In this document: piece by piece, positions 19,883 to 28,990 of the stretch | How the letters are laid out: every line of letters starts with the position of its first letter | Numbering within the stretch: position 1 is the stretch's first letter | NCBI GenBank assembly: GCA_963796955.1 | Contig: CAWCNJ010000008.1 | Coordinates: forward strand, 384,001 to 448,000 | Length of the DNA stretch: 64,000 nt | From: Endomicrobiales bacterium | Lineage (GTDB): Bacteria > Elusimicrobiota > Endomicrobiia > Endomicrobiales > JALOBY01 | Direction of reading: 5' to 3' | Notes under the pieces: generated by a model | What the model was told of the DNA's origin: nothing | What the model saw: only the letters and a program-made list of their open reading frames with translations | Database searches by the model: none | Made by a program: the position numbers and the translations under genes

Positions 19883-20695
19883 ATGATACTGGAACTGCGT
19901 AACATAACAGCAGGCTACGGCGGAATAACTGCGCTTAACAATATTAACTGCTCCATAGCAGAGGGTGAGATAACCGGTATTATCGGGCCCAACGGCGCCG
20001 GCAAAACGACCTTGTTCCGCGCTATTACAGGCACGCTCCGCCCGCGCTCGGGAAACGTATATTTTAACGGCATAGACATTCACAGCATCCCGCGCAGGGA
20101 GTTCGCCAGGCAGGTCGCCGCCATGCCGCAGATGCTTGAATCCTTCTTTCCATTTTCTGTTGAAGATTTTGTGGCTATGGGCAGGTTCCCGCACCACTCC
20201 CGTTTTGAGGGAACGACGGCCCAGGACGAACAGGCCACGGAACAAGCCCTTACCGATACCGAAACCGCTTCCTTCAGAACGCGTCAGATGAATGAGCTTT
20301 CCGGCGGGGAACGTCAGCGCGTGATGCTGGCGCAGGCACTGGCTCAATCGCCGAAATTGCTGCTGCTTGACGAACCTACCGCCCACCTGGACATAGGCCA
20401 CCAGGTGCAGATGCTTGAGCTTATCCGTTCGCTTAACCGTGAAAAGGGCATAACCGTCGTGACCGTACTGCATGACCTCACCCTGGCCGGAGAATACTGC
20501 GACCAGCTACTAATGCTGAAGAAAGGCGCTGTGCACGCCCTTGGCATACCAGCCGACGTTCTCACCTATCAAAACATTGAATCCGTCTATAATACTGTCG
20601 TGGTAGTCAAAGAAAATCCGTTCTCGCACAAGCCGTATATTATCGCCGTGCCCGAAGAATACCGGAGCAAAAGGTATAACAATGAAACCCGGTAA
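19883..20695 (+). CDS. btuD: Corrinoid ABC transporter ATPase
   Basis: GPNGAGKT, LSGGERQR and LLLDEPTAHLD motifs. Confidence 0.88.
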   Translation: MILELRNITAGYGGITALNNINCSIAEGEITGIIGPNGAGKTTLFRAITGTLRPRSGNVYFNGIDIHSIPRREFARQVAAMPQMLESFFPFSVEDFVAMGRFPHHSRFEGTTAQDEQATEQALTDTETASFRTRQMNELSGGERQRVMLAQALAQSPKLLLLDEPTAHLDIGHQVQMLELIRSLNREKGITVVTVLHDLTLAGEYCDQLLMLKKGAVHALGIPADVLTYQNIESVYNTVVVVKENPFSHKPYIIAVPEEYRSKRYNNETR

Positions 20696-22220
20696 AACGA
20701 TTATGATCCAGGGGACCGGCTCCGGCGTCGGCAAAAGTGTGATCACTTCCGCCCTGTGCCGGATATTCAGACAGGACGGCCATTCGGTCGCGCCTTTTAA
20801 GGCCCAAAACATGGCCTTAAATTCCTTCGTGACCGAGACCGGCGGGGAAATAGGCAGGGCCCAGGCAGTACAGGCGCAGGCCGCAAAAGTTAAGCCTACC
20901 GTTGATATGAACCCTGTTTTAATAAAACCTTCCTCCGACATGATGGCGCAAATAATAGTGCTTGGCAAACCGCTCGGCAACAAATCGGCGGCCGGCTACA
21001 CGAACTACAAAGGCAGGCTTTTTGGTACGGTCAAGAATTCGCTCCGCAATTTACGCAAAGAACACGATATAGTCGTTTTGGAAGGCGCGGGCAGCCCGGC
21101 CGAAGTGAACCTGCGCAAGAACGACATCGTGAACATGAGCATAGCACTGGCCAGCAAAACGCCCGTGATACTTGTAGGCGACATCGACAAGGGCGGCGTG
21201 CTCGCGTCAATAGTCGGCACATTGGACCTGATAAACAAAAAAGAATGCGCTCTTATAAAAGGCTTTATCATCAACAAATTTCGAGGCGATATCAAATTGT
21301 TCAGGGACGGCGTAAGGTTCCTTGAACGGCGTACGGGCAAAAAGGTGCTGGGCGTGATACCGTACTACCGCGAGATAGATATCCCGGAAGAAGATGCCAT
21401 ACCGTGGGAAAAGAAAAACGCCGCAAAAGACGGCAGGCGCGTTGTGAAGATCGCGGTGATCTGCCTTCCGCATTTGTCGAATTTTACGGACTTCGATGTT
21501 CTGGAGCAGGAGCCGGATGTTGAGCTTACCTATGTCAGAAAAGCAGCTGAACTCGGACAACCTGATGCGGTAATAATACCCGGCACAAAAAGTACGATCG
21601 CCGACCTTATGTGGTTGAAGCGGGAAGGCCTGGCCGAAAAAATACAAGTTCTTGCGCAAAACCGCGCCACGGAGGTTATCGGTATCTGCGGCGGTTTTCA
21701 GATGCTGGGGGATGAAATTATCGACAGCAACCGTCTTGAATCTAAGACCGGATCCGCACAAGGGCTTGGTCTTTTACCGGTAAAAACAAAGTTGGAACCC
21801 GCAAAGACATTACGGCAGGTCACGGGCCTGCACATTCCGACAAATACTAAAGTCACAGGATATGAGATCCACCACGGCCTGACAACACGGCACCATGGCT
21901 GCAAACCAGCCTTCAGGCTATCCGGGATACAAACCCTTGACGGCGCGATCAACAAAAACGGTTCTGTATGGGGAACCTACATCCACGGGGTTTTTGATAA
22001 TTTTGCTATGCGCAATTCATTTATCAATACTCTTCGAAAGAAGAGGGGACTCGCACCGCGCTCTGTAAAGGAACGCGACACTGATATTGAATTCGATAAA
22101 CTCGCGGACCATGTGCGGGGGAATATTGATATGAAAGCTTTATATAAGATCGCAGGAGCAGCAATGCCTGCTGGTGTCGGGAAGCTCGTGAGAATAAAAT
22201 CAAGGAGAAATTTAAAATGA
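20682..22220 (+). CDS. cobQ: Cobyric acid synthase
   Basis: QGTGSGVGKS, PFKAQNM, EGAGSPAE, GICGGFQMLG and GTYIHG motifs. Confidence 0.96.
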   Translation: MKPGKTIMIQGTGSGVGKSVITSALCRIFRQDGHSVAPFKAQNMALNSFVTETGGEIGRAQAVQAQAAKVKPTVDMNPVLIKPSSDMMAQIIVLGKPLGNKSAAGYTNYKGRLFGTVKNSLRNLRKEHDIVVLEGAGSPAEVNLRKNDIVNMSIALASKTPVILVGDIDKGGVLASIVGTLDLINKKECALIKGFIINKFRGDIKLFRDGVRFLERRTGKKVLGVIPYYREIDIPEEDAIPWEKKNAAKDGRRVVKIAVICLPHLSNFTDFDVLEQEPDVELTYVRKAAELGQPDAVIIPGTKSTIADLMWLKREGLAEKIQVLAQNRATEVIGICGGFQMLGDEIIDSNRLESKTGSAQGLGLLPVKTKLEPAKTLRQVTGLHIPTNTKVTGYEIHHGLTTRHHGCKPAFRLSGIQTLDGAINKNGSVWGTYIHGVFDNFAMRNSFINTLRKKRGLAPRSVKERDTDIEFDKLADHVRGNIDMKALYKIAGAAMPAGVGKLVRIKSRRNLK

Positions 22221-24052
22221 AATTTTTTGCATACATAATGACCGCCTTTGCATTTACCGTATCGGCCTTTGCCGCTGATAGCGGTGTATTCCTCTCGCTA
22301 ACCAGGAAAGCTGAAGATATCGCAAGCCTGCCCACCAATGTTTCAACTATTTCAGGCAGCGATATCGCTGAAAAACACGCCCGAAACCTTGGGGAGGCCC
22401 TTCAGTCTGAATTGGGGTTTAACATCAATCAATATGGCACGCTTGGCTCAAATAGCAATATTACGATAAGGGGATCTAAAACCGAGCAGGTATTGGTGCT
22501 CATTGACGGCCGCCGTATAAATGACATAGCACTTGGCCTTGTGGACCTGAGTTCTATCCCGACAGATAACATTAAGCGCATTGAAGTGATCCGCGGAGCG
22601 GCTTCGGCGATCTACGGAGCCAATGCCTTTGGCGGTGTCATTAACGTAATAACGGAAAAGGCTGATGAGGCAGCGCCGGTCGCAACTCTCGCAGCGCGAT
22701 CAGGATCGTTTGGTGAACAGACATACAGCTCGAAGCTCAATCTGAATAAAAATGAAAGATCGTTACTTGTCACTCTGGAGAAACAGCATCTTGACGGCTG
22801 GAGACAAAACAGCGACTACAATAATATCAATAGTTCGCTACGGCTTGGCCTGAACACATCGCGCTACGGTAATTTCGACTTTTCCAGCCAGATCCTTAAT
22901 AGCGAGCTTGGAATACCGGGCGGAAATTTTTCGGCAGACCCCAATACTTTTACCGACCCGACCGCCGCTTCATCACCCCGGGCTCGCCAGAAAGAGAATA
23001 ACAGATATGCCCGTATGGAAAATACATTTAACACTGGTGAGCACTCCCTGAAAACGTCGATATACGGATCCAATGACTCAAGGGATTACAGCGATCCAGA
23101 CTCTGTATTGGACGCCCGTTACGGCACGATGGTTTTCGGCGGACAGGAGCAATATACAGGACCTTACAACATTACCGCGGGGACCGAATGGTGGGAGGAA
23201 CAATATAAACAGACAGATCTGGAGCTTTCAGAGGTTGTCCTTAATAAGAGCCGCGTGAACACCGACATATTCCTGCAACGGCAAACCTTTGTCGGTAAAT
23301 TCATGTTTTTGCCCGGTCTCCGCTTTGACTCCAACTCGTCATTTGGATCGGAAGCGTGCCCCAGCCTGAGCGTGGTTTATAAACAAAGTGATTCTTTCAA
23401 AATCTCTGCCAATACCGGTAAAGCGTGGCGAGCCCCGACATTCAGCGACCTGTATTTCCCTATGGACGCCTACGGAGACGTTGGCAACCCCGCGCTAAAA
23501 CCGGAGGAAGGTATTTCCAGCGACCTTGGTGTTGAGGTCAAGTCGGGCAAAACCTCTGTTTCCGTAACGGGATTTCGTACCGACAATAGAAATCTTATAA
23601 GCTGGGTGCCGAATTCTACGGGCATGCTTTTCTCTCCGCAAAATATCAATACGAGCCGCAGCTCCGGCATAGAAGCCGGTTTCGATCAAACACTGGCCGC
23701 CGGCCTTGCCCACTCAATTAACTACACATACCTGTGGGCTGAAGACACAGACACAAAACAAGTGCTGATATATTCGCCGTGCAACACGCTTAACTACCAG
23801 ATCAACTGGCTGATGCCGTGCGGCACTCTCCTGGGTATTTCTGCCAAATACGTAAGCCAGCAGATGGCAACCGCGACAACAACCCTGAACGATTACACGA
23901 CCATTGGCGCACAACTTTCGCATAATTTCGAGAATATTGACATTTGGGTCAAGGGGTCGAATTTAACCGACAGAAAATATGTTACCCGCCAATACTACCC
24001 GCTCCCGGGCGCAACCTGGCAGGCAGGAGTCACTTACAAGTTCTGGAACTGA
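22217..24052 (+). CDS. btuB: TonB-dependent outer membrane receptor, BtuB-like
   Basis: Signal peptide; plug motif IEVIRGAASAIYGANAFGGVINVIT; RAPTFSDLY, GNPALKPE and NLTD motifs; aromatic C-terminus; in the cobalamin operon. Confidence 0.85.
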   Translation: MKFFAYIMTAFAFTVSAFAADSGVFLSLTRKAEDIASLPTNVSTISGSDIAEKHARNLGEALQSELGFNINQYGTLGSNSNITIRGSKTEQVLVLIDGRRINDIALGLVDLSSIPTDNIKRIEVIRGAASAIYGANAFGGVINVITEKADEAAPVATLAARSGSFGEQTYSSKLNLNKNERSLLVTLEKQHLDGWRQNSDYNNINSSLRLGLNTSRYGNFDFSSQILNSELGIPGGNFSADPNTFTDPTAASSPRARQKENNRYARMENTFNTGEHSLKTSIYGSNDSRDYSDPDSVLDARYGTMVFGGQEQYTGPYNITAGTEWWEEQYKQTDLELSEVVLNKSRVNTDIFLQRQTFVGKFMFLPGLRFDSNSSFGSEACPSLSVVYKQSDSFKISANTGKAWRAPTFSDLYFPMDAYGDVGNPALKPEEGISSDLGVEVKSGKTSVSVTGFRTDNRNLISWVPNSTGMLFSPQNINTSRSSGIEAGFDQTLAAGLAHSINYTYLWAEDTDTKQVLIYSPCNTLNYQINWLMPCGTLLGISAKYVSQQMATATTTLNDYTTIGAQLSHNFENIDIWVKGSNLTDRKYVTRQYYPLPGATWQAGVTYKFWN

Positions 24053-24068
24053 CAAGGAGGTGGAAATA

Positions 24069-24176
24069 ATGAAAAAAAGTAAAAGTAGCCCTAAGAAAGA
24101 CGTGATTGCATCAAGGAAGAAATGCGTAGCCAAAGGCACCGGACTTTCGCATTACGTTCTTTTGGACAAGAAATAA
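24069..24176 (+). CDS. cbpA: 35-aa RiPP precursor-like peptide (CbpA-like)
   Basis: AAGGAGGT RBS then MKKSKSSPKKDVIASRKKCVAKGTGLSHYVLLDKK; directly upstream of an rSAM/SPASM gene; the DVIA.R..C...GTGLSHY pattern matches my recollection of the CbpA family. Confidence 0.82.
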   Translation: MKKSKSSPKKDVIASRKKCVAKGTGLSHYVLLDKK

Positions 24177-24196
24177 TCAACAGAAAAACCTCAATC

Positions 24197-24235
24197 AGCG
24201 GAGAAAGCTATTCTTACAACGGCTTTCTCCGCTTT
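24197..24235 (+). terminator. Stem-loop between precursor and maturase genes
   Basis: AGCGGAGAAAGCT-11 nt-GGCTTTCTCCGCT then TT; the U-tract is short, so probably leaky. Confidence 0.6.
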
Positions 24236-24256
24236 AGAAAACACAACAAGGAAACA

Positions 24257-25654
24257 ATGAAAAACATTAATAAATTCGCCAACAACGCCTCCTCCAGCGG
24301 CAAATACTTGAACACCGGCAACGGTTCTTCCCTGCAAATAATCGACATAAAACACAAAGAATATATCGGAGTGGTAGCACCTGACACCGCCTTCTGGGCC
24401 CTTGTCAAGAAAGATCAGCTGCACAAAGTATTTGACGATCCCAAATATATTTCCAGCTATTTAAAGAAAAGCGGACAATTCAAAAAGGAAATAGACGATC
24501 TCAGGTTCAACCTGAAACCGTCGGCTGTCTACTTTAACCCGACCGACCGCTGCAACTTGAACTGTTCTTACTGTTATATCCCTGAAAAGCTAAGAAAGAA
24601 TGGCGACAACATGACACCGAAAAGGCTTTTACAGGCACTGGAAATATTGAAAAGATATTTTACCGAAAGCCTCGGAAAAGAACACAGGCCGCAGATAGTC
24701 TTCCATGGCGCGGAACCGATGGTCAACCACGAGGCAATGTTCCCTGCGATCGACAAGTTCGGAGATTATTTCCGTTTCGGCATACAGTCTAATGGTACTC
24801 TGCTTGACGATACTGCGCTGAAATTCCTTACTTCGCGCGGGATCAGCATCGGCCTTTCGCTTGATGGACCCACAGCAGGTATAGCAGACAAGACCCGCAA
24901 AACGTGGGCAGGAAAAGGTGTATCGCACACAACGATCGATCTGATAAAACGTTTAAAAGGCTACCGCAATTATTCAGTTATCTGCACGGTAACCAAAGAA
25001 AATATGCGTTCGCTCAATGAGACGGTTGAATTACTGCATAAATTGGAAGTGCCCACCTGCATGCTTAATCAGGTCCGGTGCACTCTACCCGGCGGGCAAA
25101 AGGCAAAACCCGCGGACGCCGACATGGCAGCCTACTACATGAAGGCGCTTGATCATGCGCATTCACTTTACAAAAAGACGGGAAGAAAAATAGTGGTGGC
25201 TAATTTTGCAAACATCCTGCTTAGCATTCTTGCGCCGAGCGGGCGCAAGCTGATGTGCGACATATCACCTTGCGGCGGCGGGCGCTGTTTTTTTGCTGTT
25301 TCCGCTCAGGGGAATATGTTCCCTTGCAGCGAATTTATAGGCCTGAAAAAATTTCAGGGCGGGAATCTCTTCAAAGATAACATACAAGATGTGCTGAGAT
25401 CAGAACCATTCAAGCTGGTGACCAGACGGAAGGTTGAAGACATTGAACCCTGCGCACATTGTGCTATACGCCATTTTTGCGGCTCACCCTGCCCGGCAGA
25501 GGCCCATGAGATTCATGGATCTATGCAAAAACCAGGAGCCTTCTGCGAACTTTATGAAGAACAGGCACGTTATGCATTCCGCGTTATCGCAGACGGCAAA
25601 GAAGACGCCTACTTATGGGACAACTGGAAAAGCGGCATGACAGAAGCCCTTTAG
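24257..25654 (+). CDS. cbpB: Peptide-modifying radical SAM/SPASM enzyme (CbpB-like)
   Basis: CNLNCSYC rSAM motif, FHGAEP, SLDG and SPASM cysteines CGGGRC...PC...CAHC...CGSPC...C. Start ATG 24257 after AAGGAA is preferred over 24122. Confidence 0.88.
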   Translation: MKNINKFANNASSSGKYLNTGNGSSLQIIDIKHKEYIGVVAPDTAFWALVKKDQLHKVFDDPKYISSYLKKSGQFKKEIDDLRFNLKPSAVYFNPTDRCNLNCSYCYIPEKLRKNGDNMTPKRLLQALEILKRYFTESLGKEHRPQIVFHGAEPMVNHEAMFPAIDKFGDYFRFGIQSNGTLLDDTALKFLTSRGISIGLSLDGPTAGIADKTRKTWAGKGVSHTTIDLIKRLKGYRNYSVICTVTKENMRSLNETVELLHKLEVPTCMLNQVRCTLPGGQKAKPADADMAAYYMKALDHAHSLYKKTGRKIVVANFANILLSILAPSGRKLMCDISPCGGGRCFFAVSAQGNMFPCSEFIGLKKFQGGNLFKDNIQDVLRSEPFKLVTRRKVEDIEPCAHCAIRHFCGSPCPAEAHEIHGSMQKPGAFCELYEEQARYAFRVIADGKEDAYLWDNWKSGMTEAL

Positions 25655-25681
25655 GATACATGACCAACTAGTGTATTCTCA

Positions 25682-25742
25682 TTGACATTTAAACGATAAC
25701 CCGTTAGACTTGTAACGTCGCTATGTTTTCTGTCTAACGGGT
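25682..25742 (+). promoter_or_regulatory. sigma70 promoter overlapped by an 11-bp inverted repeat
   Basis: TTGACA-17 nt-TAGACT; ACCCGTTAGAC (25699-25709) / GTCTAACGGGT (25732-25742). Confidence 0.5.
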
Positions 25743-25750
25743 ATTTAAGT

Positions 25751-28700
25751 ATGCGCGTTGATAAATTATTGAAATGTTCGATCGCGTCTCTGACACTCTC
25801 TCTTTTTTCACTGTGTTCAGCCGTGTACGCGGCGCTACCGGTGCCGGAGATAACCGGTGTAGCCCTTTCCACGACTTCTATTCAATGGAATTGGACTGAT
25901 GAATCTGCCGCCTTGGTTGATGGTTACCATCTCTATTCAACGACCGCCCCTACCTTTATAATAATCAATGCAACCTATTACATCGAGACCGGGCTTCGTC
26001 CGAACCAGCAGGTAGACCGTTATGTAACAACATATCTCGGCCCGCAGGAAAGCAATGCCTCTGAGGACGATGCAGTATACAGTTATGCCTTTCCACCAGA
26101 CGGCTTTACAACCGTCTCAACGGTCACGGTTTCGTCGGCATACATAGAATTCAGGTTCTCAAGCGCGACCTCATATGCTCTTGAGATCTCCACTGACAAC
26201 GGAAACACCTACAACTTCTTCCGTCAGATATTTGTACCGTGGCAGACCCTTGCGCCATTGGAATGTAATAAACAATATATGATACGACTTGGCGCCGTTA
26301 ACGGCGACGATGAACAAACGCCTGGAATTTACAGCTCAACATCAGTTTTTATTACACCTCCGCCTGACCCGGTGTTTTTTGCGACCGCGGTCTCTTCCTG
26401 TTCCCTGTGCTGGCAATGGACATCCACCTCGGCCTTTGCCGCCGCCGGGGTTACAGGATATAACCTTTATCATTCTACTACGACCATTGACGGCACTATA
26501 CCTAACGATGGACTGGACGGACAACTTGTTGGCTCGGTGCCGGATGTTTCCATCAGCTCTTATACCATGGTATTTACAGACAGCGTTACGTTCATAAGCG
26601 CCAATTCGCCGCATACTTTCTGGCTTAGAGCTGCAGGCCTTATAGAAAGCGTCGGCAAGAAAGCCGTGACCAGATTCACGTATGCCACCGCTCCCTCTAC
26701 GTGCACGCTTACCGAATATGATTTCCTGCATGTATTTGAAACCGGCATGGACCTGTCTTTTGCGGAAAATGGGCACGCCAGCTCCTACATAGTTGAATAC
26801 TCCACCACCGGCGGTTTTTCCTCCGCGGTTAACAAAAAACCGGCAGGAGGACCGTCCAGTTCGCTATCCCAGCTTACGAATGACACTAAATACGATATCA
26901 GAATAGGGGCTGTCAACGGTGACAACATACAAACCCCGCTTAATGCTGAAAACCCTATGGCATATAGTGCGACTTACAAGGTAGCCACACGGCTGCCCGT
27001 TCCTGATAATCTTCATGCTTCACCCGTGACAGATACCATTATAGACTGGTCCTGGTCTACCGGTACGTATACGAACACCGCCAGCGCGACAGGGTACACT
27101 ATCTATATCTCGTCTTTCTGGGTGCAAATAAACCAAACGGTGCTGCTGCCCGTTGCCCACATCGCCGGTAAAGAGAATAGTTCTTATCAGTTCGGCGCCG
27201 GTCCGGAAGGCCCGCTTATGACCAACAGCGTACATACCAGATATGTAGGCGCGACCCAGTTTTATGCAGGCTACGCATGTTACGGCAGCCTTGCCCCGGC
27301 GACGACAGGATGCACGTTTGCGACCCCGCCTAACGATGTGTTTTTTGATACGGTCACTGCCCGTACCATAAGCTTATGGTGGAAAGAACCGGAGATTCCT
27401 GCGACGATGTACCGCATAGAACGGTCAACGGTCATCGCCGAGTCCGGTCCATGGCTATTTGTTTCGTCCGTCACAGGAACGCGATTCATCGATACCGGAC
27501 TTCAACCGATGACCACATACGCTTATCGCCTTGGAGCCTATAACCAGCTGGGGCAGTTAACAAATGGACTTGCAGCGGCAACAAACAATAATAGAAGGGA
27601 TTACAGCTTTGTAAGCGGAACTGAAACGATTCACGTCGGGCCGCAGTTCTACGGCGTGGCGGTGGGGACATCCAGCATCTGCTGGAACTGGGTTGAAGTA
27701 GTGCCGGGAGTTTTGCGCTACAATATACTTTCTTCAACCAACACCATGTTAAATCCCGGGCTTAGTGTACCAGCTACTTCCTGGATAGAGACGGGTCTCA
27801 ATGGAGCGGATACAGGATTCTCCCGTCGGATACAATCACAAACCGCCTTTGGCTGGGGCGATTATACGGATGCGACCTGCTATACTTTGGCCAATGCACC
27901 GTCAAACCCTGCCACCAGTTCTGTCGGTACCCACTCGCTCACGCTCTCGTGGAACGCCAACGGCAGCACCAGGTTCCTTGTACAACGGTCAACAGATAAT
28001 GCGACATGGGCAATGATCCTTGCCCCAACAGTACTTACGATAGTACCTACGCTAAACGACATTCATTTACACTATCTTACGACGTACTACTATATGATAT
28101 ATGCCTACAATCAGAACTCGATCATGTCACCGGCATCTGTTCTTACTCAAACGATAACTACCGACGTGCCCTCATATGCAACTATTGTGAAACCAGGCTA
28201 TTCAAATGCAATTGACTTGACCGCCTCCCTAACCGGTTTTGGACAAGTGCGCGTTACCATACCTGCAGGGGCAGCGCCTGTTGACGGCTATATTTTCGCG
28301 AATACCGCCGCAGGAACAAATCCAACTGACACTACAACGGGAAATATCAGCATCGCCACAAACAAGCTTAAACCCTCGATCTTATTAGAAAGTTCTATCA
28401 TGGAACTTCACTATTACGATGCCTACGGGTCGACCGTAACGCAAACTTTTAACTCGCCCGTCAGACTATACATGCCGTACCCAGACGTAAACGGCGATGA
28501 TCTGGTCGACAATGTCTTAACCAAAATGCACGCGCATACGCTGCGCATATATACTATGGACACTTTAAACATAACCTGGTCGCTTATGCCGACATCGGTG
28601 GTTGACGTTGCCTCGACAAGGGTCTATGCCGATCTCAATCATTTTTCAATGTACGCACTTGGAAGTCTGATTGCAATGAATTCGAGCGTAAAAGATGCGC

Positions 28701-28990
28701 TGGCCTTCCCAAACCCCTATAAACCGGGGAGTGGCACGCAATTTGACAGTTCAGCCCTCGGCGAAGGTATAGTTTTTCAAGGTCTGACACCGCGCGCCCA
28801 TATCAGGATCTTCAGTATCGCCGGTGATCTAGTCGCTGACTCTCTTATCGAGAGCGACGATGGCCGTTATCTTTGGGACATTCGCAACACACAGGGCGAT
28901 AAAGTCGCATCAGGACTCTATATTTACCTTATTAACAATGCTGACGATCCTTCTGACAAACTGAGCGGCAAACTGGCGGTCATAAAATGA
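25751..28990 (+). CDS. Large secreted fibronectin type III repeat protein with T9SS-type/FlgD-Ig-like C-terminal domain
   Basis: Signal peptide; repeated SxxSIxWxW and LGAxN motifs; Ser/Thr-rich; C-terminal AFPNPY...IRIFSIAGDLV...WDIRN..GDKVASGLYIY. Confidence 0.8.
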   Translation: MRVDKLLKCSIASLTLSLFSLCSAVYAALPVPEITGVALSTTSIQWNWTDESAALVDGYHLYSTTAPTFIIINATYYIETGLRPNQQVDRYVTTYLGPQESNASEDDAVYSYAFPPDGFTTVSTVTVSSAYIEFRFSSATSYALEISTDNGNTYNFFRQIFVPWQTLAPLECNKQYMIRLGAVNGDDEQTPGIYSSTSVFITPPPDPVFFATAVSSCSLCWQWTSTSAFAAAGVTGYNLYHSTTTIDGTIPNDGLDGQLVGSVPDVSISSYTMVFTDSVTFISANSPHTFWLRAAGLIESVGKKAVTRFTYATAPSTCTLTEYDFLHVFETGMDLSFAENGHASSYIVEYSTTGGFSSAVNKKPAGGPSSSLSQLTNDTKYDIRIGAVNGDNIQTPLNAENPMAYSATYKVATRLPVPDNLHASPVTDTIIDWSWSTGTYTNTASATGYTIYISSFWVQINQTVLLPVAHIAGKENSSYQFGAGPEGPLMTNSVHTRYVGATQFYAGYACYGSLAPATTGCTFATPPNDVFFDTVTARTISLWWKEPEIPATMYRIERSTVIAESGPWLFVSSVTGTRFIDTGLQPMTTYAYRLGAYNQLGQLTNGLAAATNNNRRDYSFVSGTETIHVGPQFYGVAVGTSSICWNWVEVVPGVLRYNILSSTNTMLNPGLSVPATSWIETGLNGADTGFSRRIQSQTAFGWGDYTDATCYTLANAPSNPATSSVGTHSLTLSWNANGSTRFLVQRSTDNATWAMILAPTVLTIVPTLNDIHLHYLTTYYYMIYAYNQNSIMSPASVLTQTITTDVPSYATIVKPGYSNAIDLTASLTGFGQVRVTIPAGAAPVDGYIFANTAAGTNPTDTTTGNISIATNKLKPSILLESSIMELHYYDAYGSTVTQTFNSPVRLYMPYPDVNGDDLVDNVLTKMHAHTLRIYTMDTLNITWSLMPTSVVDVASTRVYADLNHFSMYALGSLIAMNSSVKDALAFPNPYKPGSGTQFDSSALGEGIVFQGLTPRAHIRIFSIAGDLVADSLIESDDGRYLWDIRNTQGDKVASGLYIYLINNADDPSDKLSGKLAVIK

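Noticed and set aside
23979..24068. 65-aa version of the precursor peptide
   Set aside because: It overlaps the btuB 3' end; the strong SD points to ATG 24069.
24122..24256. Longer N-terminus of the rSAM ORF given in the ORF track
   Set aside because: It overlaps the precursor peptide gene and the intergenic hairpin; ATG 24257 has its own RBS.
25699..25742. attC site (GTTAGAC and GTCTAAC match the core consensus)
   Set aside because: The core motifs are in the reverse order for attC and there is no cassette context; kept only as an operator candidate.
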